Shown piece after piece: positions 41,460-49,345 of a DNA stretch of 64,000 bases. The notes under the pieces are model-generated. The model was not told where the DNA came from. It worked only from the letters and a program-made list of their open reading frames with translations, and ran no database searches. Both the position numbers and the translations under genes were made by a program. This stretch comes from an uncultured Actinomycetes bacterium (GTDB taxonomy: Bacteria; Actinomycetota; Thermoleophilia; UBA2241). Positions within the stretch are counted from its first letter, which is position 1. Each line of letters opens with the position of its first letter. The DNA is taken from the NCBI GenBank assembly GCA_963725665.1, contig CAVRZA010000011.1, positions 128,001-192,000 on the forward strand, read 5' to 3'.

Positions 41460-42769
41460 GCCCGAGAGCCTTCATCGGTCTCCTGCTCGTCTGCGCCGGC
41501 CTGCTCGCGATCGCCGCCACCGGCGACCTACGCCAGCAGATGGCACTGTACCTCACCTGCTGGGCGCTGGCCGTGGCCGGCTACCTGCTGATCGTCTCGG
41601 CGCCGCGCTCCCTGCCCCTGTGGGTCGTCGTGAGCGCGGCGCTCCTTCTCGGCCTCGCCCTGCTGCCGCGCACGCCGAGCCTCTCCGACGACATCTACCG
41701 CTACGTCTGGGACGGCCGCGTGCAGCTTGCCGGACACAACCCCTACCTGCAGGCGCCGGCGAGCGCAGCGTTGAACGACGTCGCCTACGCCCAGCGCGGC
41801 CTCATCAACCACCCCGGCGTGCGCACGATCTACCCGCCCCTCGCCGAGCTCCTGTTCGCCGCCGCGGCGCTTCTCGGCGGAGGGATCGTGGCGCTCAAGC
41901 TGCTCGTGGGACTGGCCGGGCTGTTGACGGCCGGCGCGCTGGCCCTTCTCGCGCCGGCCGAGAGGCGACGCGAGGCGCTCACCCTCTACCTGCTCTGCCC
42001 GCTCGTTATCCAGGAGACGTGGGGATCCGGCCACGTCGAGATCGTCGCCGTTCTGTTCGCCGTGCTCGCCGCGGCACTGGTCGCGCGCGGGCGCGACGGC
42101 TGGGCCGGCCTCTCGCTCGGGCTGGGAGCGGCCGTGAAGCTTACCCCGGCGGCGCTCCTCATCCCGGCGCTCGTCGGCGGCCGGGCGAAGCCCGGCCGCC
42201 TCATCCCAGCCTTCATCCTCGCCTTCGCCCTGCCCTACGTGCCCTACCTGCTCACGGGGGGCGCCCTCGGCTCGCTGCAGGACACGGGAGCGCAGCCGCA
42301 GTCGAACCCTTCCCTCTTCGGCCTCCTCGACCTGGTGCTGCCCTACCGAGCAGCCGTGGCCGTCGCGGCGGCCCTGTTCGTGGCGGGCGCCGTGCTGATC
42401 GCGCGCCGGCTGCGCGGGCGCGCGCGCACGGCGCCCGCCTTCGCCTGGGCCGCCACCCTCTTCGTCCTGCTGCTGCCGGTTGCCCAGCCGTGGTACTGGC
42501 TCACCCCGCTGGCGCTCGGCATCGCCGGCGGCGTGCTCCTGCCCCTGTTCCTGGGCCTCGCGGCGCCATTCGGCTACGCCGCCTTCGCCTACCCGAGCTT
42601 CAAGCGCTGGGCGGCGCTTGTGACCTACCTGCCGCTCCTGACGCTCGTCCCGAGCCTTCTCCGTTGGATCCACGGGAGAAGGAGCGGCGAGACAGACCTA
42701 CCCCACGACGAGCTCGCCGCAGCAGCACACGACGCAGGCGGCGGGACCACGCGCGTGGAGTATCCTTAG
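41447..42769 (+). CDS. GT-C fold membrane glycosyltransferase (GT87/DUF2029-like)
   Basis: LSDDIYRYVWDG, NPY, TIYPP, GHVE, QPWY; about 11 TM helices; TGcTACGCT -10 at 41432-41440. Confidence 0.82.
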   Translation: MMGPRPRAFIGLLLVCAGLLAIAATGDLRQQMALYLTCWALAVAGYLLIVSAPRSLPLWVVVSAALLLGLALLPRTPSLSDDIYRYVWDGRVQLAGHNPYLQAPASAALNDVAYAQRGLINHPGVRTIYPPLAELLFAAAALLGGGIVALKLLVGLAGLLTAGALALLAPAERRREALTLYLLCPLVIQETWGSGHVEIVAVLFAVLAAALVARGRDGWAGLSLGLGAAVKLTPAALLIPALVGGRAKPGRLIPAFILAFALPYVPYLLTGGALGSLQDTGAQPQSNPSLFGLLDLVLPYRAAVAVAAALFVAGAVLIARRLRGRARTAPAFAWAATLFVLLLPVAQPWYWLTPLALGIAGGVLLPLFLGLAAPFGYAAFAYPSFKRWAALVTYLPLLTLVPSLLRWIHGRRSGETDLPHDELAAAAHDAGGGTTRVEYP

Positions 42770-42776
42770 TCCTATC

Positions 42777-44660
42777 GTGGCACTGGACGAACGCAAGCTC
42801 GCCGTCGCCATCGTCGCACGCCCGCCGATCCCCGGACTGGTGAAGACACGGCTCGCCGAATCGCTCGGGGAACAGCGCGCCTGCGAGGTCTACCTCACCC
42901 TCCTGCGCGAGACGATGGCCTCGCTCGCGCGACTGGACGGCGACGACCTTTTCCTGGCGCTCGCTCCCGGCCGCGATGGACAGATGCCTCTCGCGGGGCA
43001 GGACACACTCCGCCTCCTTGGCCTCCCGAACGGCGACACCTGGACCGTCCTCTCCCAGCGTGGCGCCCACCTCGGCGAACGCCTCGGCAACCTGCTCGAG
43101 GATCTCTTCGCGCACGGCTACGAGCAGGCCGTCATCGTCAACAGCGACAGCCCCGGCCTGCCGGTCGAGTACCTCGAGACGACGGGCCGCTGGCTGTCGG
43201 AGGGCAACGGCGACGGGCACGCCGGAGTCGTCTTCGGCCCCACGCCCGACGGCGGCTTCTACCTCGTCGCCGTGGCGCGCCCGGCATGGCTGCGCCACGG
43301 GCGCGCCGTCAAAGCCGCACTGGCGCGCGGGCCGATGGGCACGAGCGAGGCGCTCGAGAGCGTCATCGCGGCACTCCGCGAAGAAGGCCTGCGCTCGCGA
43401 CTGCTCCCCTTCTGGGTCGACGTCGACGACGAGACCGATCTGGCCCTGGCCGGTCGTCTCCTCCCCCAGACCGGATGGGCCCCGCAAGGCCACCCGCGAG
43501 GTGAGCCGCTCGTCGAGTTGCGTGAGGTCTTCCTGCACGTCACCAACCGCTGCGGCACGCGCTGCCCCCACTGCTATGCGCGCCTGAAGGACGACACCGC
43601 CGAGGAGCTCGCCACCGACCAGTGGCGGAGGGTGATCGATGAGGCGGCCGCCCTCGGTGCGCGCAGCTTCGTCCTTCTGGGCGGCGACCCGTTCGCACGC
43701 CGGGACATCTTGGAGCTCATCGATCACGTCACTGGGCCGCTGCAGCGCAAGGCGCGTGTCTTCTTCAACCGTGAGCTCTCACCCGAGGCGGCACGGCGCC
43801 TGGCCACCGTGGGACGCGGCCGGCTGACGCCGTTGCTCAGTCTCGACGGGCCACCGGCCATCAACGACGAGCTGCGCGGAGCGGGCAACTTCGACGCCGC
43901 GATGCGCTCGCTCGAGAGCCTGCAGGCCGCCGGCCTGCAGCCCGTCCTCAACACAGTCGCCCTGCGGCCGGTGCTCCCGGGGCTGCCGGAGTTGGCGCGC
44001 ACCGTCGGCGAGCGCGGCGTGAGAAGGCTGCACCTGATCCTGCCCCACCAGCGCGGTGGCCTCGAGGAGCACCTGGAGATGGCGCCCAGCGGCGAGGAGC
44101 TCCTGACCGCCTTCGAGGAGCTGCTGCCCGCGGCAGCCGAGGCCGGCGTCGTGGTCGACAACCTGGTTGCCTGGAAGCGGCGGCTGCGCGCGCCGCAGGA
44201 TTTCTGCAACGCCGGCTGCAAGGACATCGCCATCGATCCCTCCGGCCTCGTCTATGCGTGCGCTATCACGTGCGGCGACCCTGCCTTCGTGGCCGGTGAC
44301 ACGCGTCAGCAGAGCCTCGAGGACATCTGGCGCCACTCGCCCGCCTTCCGACTGCTGCGGGCCGCGCGCGCCCGCGACCGCGCCGCGTGCGCCGCCTGCG
44401 ACGTCGTCGACGCCTGCGGCGGCGAGTGCTGGATGCAGGCGCACTACGCGGCGCGCGCCCGCGGGCGCGCCGGCGGCTTCGGCGCCGAGTTCCCCTACTG
44501 CGGGCTGGTACGGCCTTTCTTGCGCGAGCTGGCCCGCAGCGCCGAGGAGGCCAGCGAGGTCACCGTTCTGGGCGGGCGGTGCAGCGCCGATGAAGTGACC
44601 GTGCTCAGGGGGCAGCGCGGCGCCGGCGAGGCTGATCTCACCCTATTCGACTGCATATGA
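42777..44660 (+). CDS. Fusion of TIGR04282/DUF2064 transferase and radical SAM/SPASM domains
   Basis: N-term PGLVKTRL, QRGAHLGERL, NSDSP, GPTPDGGFYL, DVDD; C-term TNRCGTRCPHCY, GGDP, SLDG, SPASM CNAG..YAC..CAAC..CGGEC..YC. Confidence 0.85.
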   Translation: MALDERKLAVAIVARPPIPGLVKTRLAESLGEQRACEVYLTLLRETMASLARLDGDDLFLALAPGRDGQMPLAGQDTLRLLGLPNGDTWTVLSQRGAHLGERLGNLLEDLFAHGYEQAVIVNSDSPGLPVEYLETTGRWLSEGNGDGHAGVVFGPTPDGGFYLVAVARPAWLRHGRAVKAALARGPMGTSEALESVIAALREEGLRSRLLPFWVDVDDETDLALAGRLLPQTGWAPQGHPRGEPLVELREVFLHVTNRCGTRCPHCYARLKDDTAEELATDQWRRVIDEAAALGARSFVLLGGDPFARRDILELIDHVTGPLQRKARVFFNRELSPEAARRLATVGRGRLTPLLSLDGPPAINDELRGAGNFDAAMRSLESLQAAGLQPVLNTVALRPVLPGLPELARTVGERGVRRLHLILPHQRGGLEEHLEMAPSGEELLTAFEELLPAAAEAGVVVDNLVAWKRRLRAPQDFCNAGCKDIAIDPSGLVYACAITCGDPAFVAGDTRQQSLEDIWRHSPAFRLLRAARARDRAACAACDVVDACGGECWMQAHYAARARGRAGGFGAEFPYCGLVRPFLRELARSAEEASEVTVLGGRCSADEVTVLRGQRGAGEADLTLFDCI

Positions 44661-44719
44661 GGCTACTGACGGGCGCGGTCGTGGACCGGGCACAGGAAGC
44701 GGACGAGAAGTCCCGAGGA

Positions 44720-45448
44720 ATGATCAGCGTCGTCATCCCCGCCCTCGACGAGGAGCTCCTCCTGCCACGCTGCCTGGCCTCGCTCGAGGACCAGATCGAG
44801 CACGAGCTCATCGTCGTCGACGGCGGCAGCCACGACCGGACGATCGACCTCGCGGAGAGCGCCGGGGCGCTGGTCGTGCGCAGCCCGCGCGCCAACCGCG
44901 GTCTGCAAATGAACCTCGGGGCGCGCCGCGCTCGGAGCGACGTGCTGCTCTTCCTGCACGCCGACTCCTGCCTGCCACCGGGGGCGCTCGCGGCTGTCGA
45001 GGCGCTGCTGGGCAGCCGTGACGACGTCGTCGGCGGCTGCTTCACGATGCGCCTCGACAGCCGCTCTCCCCTCTGCCGCCTCGTGGCTTGGGGTGGGGAC
45101 CTCTACCACCGCACGGGCCGCTCGCTCTTCGGCGACCGAGGCGTCTTCGTACGCCGCGACGCTTTCGAAGCCGCAGGCGGCTTCCGCGAGCTGCCGATCA
45201 TGGAAGACGTCGACCTCGGCCGCCGCCTACGGGAGTCGCGGGGGCCTTCAGGCGCGCGCGAAAAGAGACGACTGGTGATGCTGCCAGGCCCAGTCGTCAG
45301 CAGCGCGCGCGCCTTCGAGCGCCAGGGGGCCCTGCGTCTGCTGGCACGGATCCTGCTGGCCTGCGCCGCCTATAAGTGCGGGCTGCCGACCGACCACATC
45401 GCCCGCCTCTATCCTGGAGTGGCGGGAGGCCGGCTCATCGCCAACTGA
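44720..45448 (+). CDS. TIGR04283 family GT2 glycosyltransferase
   Basis: MISVVIPALDE, VDGGSHD, QMNLGA, FLHAD, FGDRG, IMED, SSAR; alternative start ATG 44657. Confidence 0.88.
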   Translation: MISVVIPALDEELLLPRCLASLEDQIEHELIVVDGGSHDRTIDLAESAGALVVRSPRANRGLQMNLGARRARSDVLLFLHADSCLPPGALAAVEALLGSRDDVVGGCFTMRLDSRSPLCRLVAWGGDLYHRTGRSLFGDRGVFVRRDAFEAAGGFRELPIMEDVDLGRRLRESRGPSGAREKRRLVMLPGPVVSSARAFERQGALRLLARILLACAAYKCGLPTDHIARLYPGVAGGRLIAN

Positions 45449-45550
45449 GCCGGTCCCGCACCTCGAGTGGACACCGCTGTGTCAGCGGCTCGCTGTCGAG
45501 ACAGGCAACACCGTGTCTTGCCCGGTGGTAGCCGCGCCCCGCGGCCACTG

Positions 45551-46237
45551 TCACGTCCGCTCGCCTCTTGGCGTGCCGATCAGGTACACGGCGACGTAGA
45601 CGAAAAGGAACAGCAACGCGAACAGCAACGTGAAGCCGAGCATGCGCACGTTGGCGTTGGGCTGGTTTGCCCGGTCCCAGGCCTTGTCGGCCAGCGCCAG
45701 CGGAGCCTGGAACACATACCAGCTGTTCCAGCCTAAGAAACGGCCCAGGTAGATGCCGACGCTGCCCAGCGCCGTGACGAGCGCCACGAGCAGCCAGCCT
45801 GCCACGCTCCCCGCCGCCCGGCTCACGATCTCCTGCATGAGGCGCAGAGACACGACGCCCAGCAGCAGCCCGGTCCAGGCATACCAGGCGATGAGCATCA
45901 CGTCGTACCAGCCGGGGACGTTGTCGTGGAACTCACCGAGGTGCACGAAGTCGGTCACGATGTACGGCGCGTTGGGAAAGAACAGCAGCCACACGATCGC
46001 CGTGAGCACGACGAGGAGGCGCGATAGGGCGCTGCGCCTGGTGGCCATCCGGTAGGCCAGCGCCGCCAGCACCAGGGGGATCCAGGCGAGGAATAGGTTC
46101 CAGACCAGGAACTGGAAGTTGGACGTGTGGCTGTAGGCCGTGCGCGCCACCACGAGGGCGACGCACATGGCCGAGGCCAGCCCCAGCAGCGTGAAGACCG
46201 CTGCATTGGAACGGCCGACGGTGGACTTGACCGGCAC
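45551..46237 (-). CDS. DUF1361 membrane protein
   Basis: WNLFLAWIP, WLLFFPNAPYIVTD, GIYLGRF..NSW; start approximate. Confidence 0.88.
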   Translation of the reverse strand: MPVKSTVGRSNAAVFTLLGLASAMCVALVVARTAYSHTSNFQFLVWNLFLAWIPLVLAALAYRMATRRSALSRLLVVLTAIVWLLFFPNAPYIVTDFVHLGEFHDNVPGWYDVMLIAWYAWTGLLLGVVSLRLMQEIVSRAAGSVAGWLLVALVTALGSVGIYLGRFLGWNSWYVFQAPLALADKAWDRANQPNANVRMLGFTLLFALLFLFVYVAVYLIGTPRGERT

Positions 46238-46737
46238 GCGAGCCTCCCGTAGCCGACGTCGTTGAACCCTATCATCCGGCAGCGATGGCGAGTCACCCGG
46301 TCGCCCATGGCTGCTCGCAGACGTCTTACACCTTCCTGACAACTCCCTGACAGCATGCCTACCGTCCGTCTCGACGATGTGCTTGAGAACACAGCCACGG
46401 CCGGGCATGGGAGAGCCGAATGCGCGTGAGGGGCTCGACACTGAACCCGAGTTCCCGGGCTCGCTGACGGCACAGAGCTTGATAGCATCGTCAGAGGAAG
46501 GCCGATAGACAGCGCCGCGGCCCCGCGGATGCGGCTCTACCTGAGCGCTACCGGCGCCTCGTTGGCCTCCTCGAGCGTGAAGACCGCACATCGGTGCGTC
46601 GGGGATCTCAGCGCCACGAGGCAGCTCCTCGGCGTCGCGGCGCGTGCTGGTAGTCACGCAGCGGGACGACGCGCTCCTGGCAGATCAGAGTGTAGTGGAT
46701 CGAGGGGATGGAGCTCGAGTGGACGGGCGACGACCCG

Positions 46738-47061
46738 CTACTCCCCTCGCGACTCGGGCGACAACTCCTCGACTTCCTGGTACTCCGTGCACTGCCCACA
46801 GTCACACAAAGGCTCATGGCGCCAGGGGAATTCCGGCAACTCCCGCATGTCCACGACCTGTCGCCACCCCTGTTCATGGATGCTGAAGAACCAGAAGCCG
46901 GACGGATCTCCTCCCTCGGGGCGGAAGTACCAGTAGCACTCGCCGGTGCCGCTGCGCCACCCTGCGTTCCGACCCAGGGCCTTTACCTCGGAGAGGGTGA
47001 GATCCTTGCTCTTTCTCTGCCCGCTCGGCTGCCCCCAGGCGTCATCTGTCTTGTCGACCAC
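46738..47061 (-). CDS. Hypothetical protein
   Basis: SD GGGAGG before GTG; normal amino-acid composition; H..CDCGQC motif. Confidence 0.55.
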   Translation of the reverse strand: MVDKTDDAWGQPSGQRKSKDLTLSEVKALGRNAGWRSGTGECYWYFRPEGGDPSGFWFFSIHEQGWRQVVDMRELPEFPWRHEPLCDCGQCTEYQEVEELSPESRGE

Positions 47062-47186
47062 GTACGCCTCCCACGGCTACCTTGCGCGAATGGGTCGCGC
47101 TACCCATTCGCCCTCGCGCCGTATCGTCCTCCCTGCGGGGCCGGCTTGGCTTCAGATGCCTGGCACGCAAGCGAGGCAACGTTCTG

Positions 47187-47768
47187 CTATCGGGGACTGA
47201 GGCTGAGCCGCTCGGCCATGGCCCGGCCCAGCGCCCGCGCCTCGGCCGTGAGCTGCGCATCGGCGGCGGCGTCGCCGGGCTTGTCCGCGCAGGCGCCCAT
47301 GCTCAAGACGGGCACCTCCTGCGGGTTCGACAGGGCCACGAAGCGGCGCATGGCGGCCAGGGTGTCGTCGAGGCCGGTCTCCGCGGCGACGGCGATCAGG
47401 CAAGCGACCTTCGGGGCCAACCATTGGTCGTGGTAGTAACGGGTCGCGTTGCGGTCGATGAACGTCTTCATCTGGCCCGAGACGTTCTCGTAGTAGACCG
47501 GCGTGGCGAGGATGAGGCCATCGGCGGCGTACACCTTCTCGAGGACGCCGGGCATGTCGTCGTCGTGGGGGCACGCGGCGCGCTCACCGCAGTTCCCGTG
47601 CCCGTCGCAGGCGTCGATGCGCAGATCGGCCAGCATGATGCGCGTGCAGCGGCAGCCGCAGCGCTCGAGCTCCTCGAGGACAGCGTCGACGAGGGCGACG
47701 GTGTTGCCGCGCCGGCGAGGGCTGCCGATGACGGCAACGACCTGGGGCTGCGGTTCGCGAGCGCACAC
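47187..47768 (-). CDS. Iron-sulfur flavoprotein / FMN reductase (flavodoxin-like)
   Basis: GSPRRRGNT, CDGHGNC..C..DD, ATPVY, MKTFIDR. Confidence 0.87.
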   Translation of the reverse strand: MCAREPQPQVVAVIGSPRRRGNTVALVDAVLEELERCGCRCTRIMLADLRIDACDGHGNCGERAACPHDDDMPGVLEKVYAADGLILATPVYYENVSGQMKTFIDRNATRYYHDQWLAPKVACLIAVAAETGLDDTLAAMRRFVALSNPQEVPVLSMGACADKPGDAAADAQLTAEARALGRAMAERLSLSPR

Positions 47769-47841
47769 GTGGGGACCTCCGGGTGATCGCCGGGCGGGGC
47801 GGGCACGATGGGCGAATCAGACCACCGCAGGCGGCGGAGGG

Positions 47842-49035
47842 TCAAGTCCCGATGTCCCCAACCGACAGCACCGCCGCGCCGCGGATGCGGCTCTCCTTGA
47901 GGGCGAGCAGGGCCTCGTTCGCCTCCTCGAGCGGGAACGCCTGCACCTCGGTGCGCACCGGGATCTCGGCTGCGACCCGCAGCAGCTCCAGGGCGTCCTG
48001 CCGCGTGCTGTTGGTCACACTGCGAATGACGCGCTCCTGGTAGATCAGCGGGTACTCGATCGAGGGGATGGGGCTCGAGTGGATGCCGCCGAGGGCGACG
48101 ATGCCGCCCTTGTCGAGCGCCTTCAGGGCAGCGACCACGAGCTCGCCGGCGGGAGCGAAGATGATGGCCGCATCGAGACGGAGGGCGGCATCGTCGCCCG
48201 GCGCCTCGCCCGCGGCGCCGGCCCACACGGCCCCGAGCTCGCGCGCCAGGCGGCGATGCTCCTCTCCCCGCGTGAAGACGAAGACGTCCCAACCGAGGTA
48301 GGTGGCGACCTGCGTGGCGATGTGGGCGGCGGCGCCGAAGCCGTAGAGGCCGAGCCTCCGGCTCGGGCCCGCGCCGGCTTCGGCGCCGCCGCCGCGTGCG
48401 TCGCCTTCCTCGGCCGCCGTCACGGAGGGAGGAGTGACCGCGTCGCCCGGCATGCCGCAGCCGGCCCTGGCGGCGTCCTCGCCGAGCTCCTCTGCATCCT
48501 CCGCCGACATCTCCTGGCTCGGCAGCGTCGGCTCGCCTGTCACGCCAACGAGCCGCAGGCATCGGTAGCCGATGATGCCGGCGCAGAGCAGGGGCGCCAC
48601 GGAGAGGTCGTCCATGGCCTGGTGCAGCGCGTAGCTGAACGCATCCCGGGCTACGACGTACTCGGCGTAGCCGCCGTCGACGTCGTAGCCCGTGAAGAGC
48701 GCGTTCTCGCACAGGTTCTCCTGGCCGCGCCGGCAGTAGCGGCAGGTCTCGTCGGCCCGCCACAGCCAGGGCACGCCGACGCGCTGCCCGACGCGGCGGG
48801 CATCGACCCCCTCGCCGACCTCGACGACCTCGCCCACGATCTGGTGACCAGGCACGACGGGCGACTTGTGCGGCGGCAGCTCTCCCTCGACGGTGTGCAA
48901 GTCGGTGTGGCAGATGCCGCAGGCGCGCACGGCGATAAGCAGCTCACCGCGCCCCGGCCTGGGCTTCGGCAGCTCGACCAGCTCGAGCGGCCGGTCCTCG
49001 ACCGCCCGCGGTGTGCGCAGCAACACCGCCCTCAC
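47842..49035 (-). CDS. Zinc-dependent alcohol dehydrogenase family protein
   Basis: CHTDLH, GHQIVG, CRYC..ENLC, APLLCAG, GLYGFG; about 45-aa low-complexity insert. Confidence 0.92.
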   Translation of the reverse strand: MRAVLLRTPRAVEDRPLELVELPKPRPGRGELLIAVRACGICHTDLHTVEGELPPHKSPVVPGHQIVGEVVEVGEGVDARRVGQRVGVPWLWRADETCRYCRRGQENLCENALFTGYDVDGGYAEYVVARDAFSYALHQAMDDLSVAPLLCAGIIGYRCLRLVGVTGEPTLPSQEMSAEDAEELGEDAARAGCGMPGDAVTPPSVTAAEEGDARGGGAEAGAGPSRRLGLYGFGAAAHIATQVATYLGWDVFVFTRGEEHRRLARELGAVWAGAAGEAPGDDAALRLDAAIIFAPAGELVVAALKALDKGGIVALGGIHSSPIPSIEYPLIYQERVIRSVTNSTRQDALELLRVAAEIPVRTEVQAFPLEEANEALLALKESRIRGAAVLSVGDIGT

Positions 49036-49192
49036 GGTCGCCTCCTCCGGCAGGTTCGTCCGCCAACGGTGGCAGGCCTTCTCTTGGCGTCTCGCATGAC
49101 CATAATCGCCATTCTGTCACTTCCCACGACGGCTTCCTCCGTCGATGGCCGTAGGCCGTACTCGCCCCACTTCGCACGCTGTTCATCAACAC

Positions 49193-49220
49193 TTGAAAGC
49201 CGCGCCATGCGGCCTACACT
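49193..49220 (+). promoter_or_regulatory. Sigma70-type promoter TTGAAA-N16-TACACT (native promoter of the gene now at 50777)
   Basis: -35 at 49193-49198, -10 at 49215-49220. Confidence 0.6.
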
Positions 49221-49345
49221 GGAGCAACTGTTGGTCCTTGACGGGACCCCCAGAGACGAAGGGCGCTCACCCCGTGGGCCCAACGTGGTGAGCGCCCTCT
49301 TCTTGTCCTCCAATCTCTCCCACAGGACCCAGAGGAGGAATCTCT

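Noticed and set aside
49233-49248. Guanidine-II (mini-ykkC) riboswitch from the ACG-containing loop
   Set aside because: Only one such hairpin, no ACGR tetraloop pair and no SMR transporter downstream; kept only as an unclassified leader.
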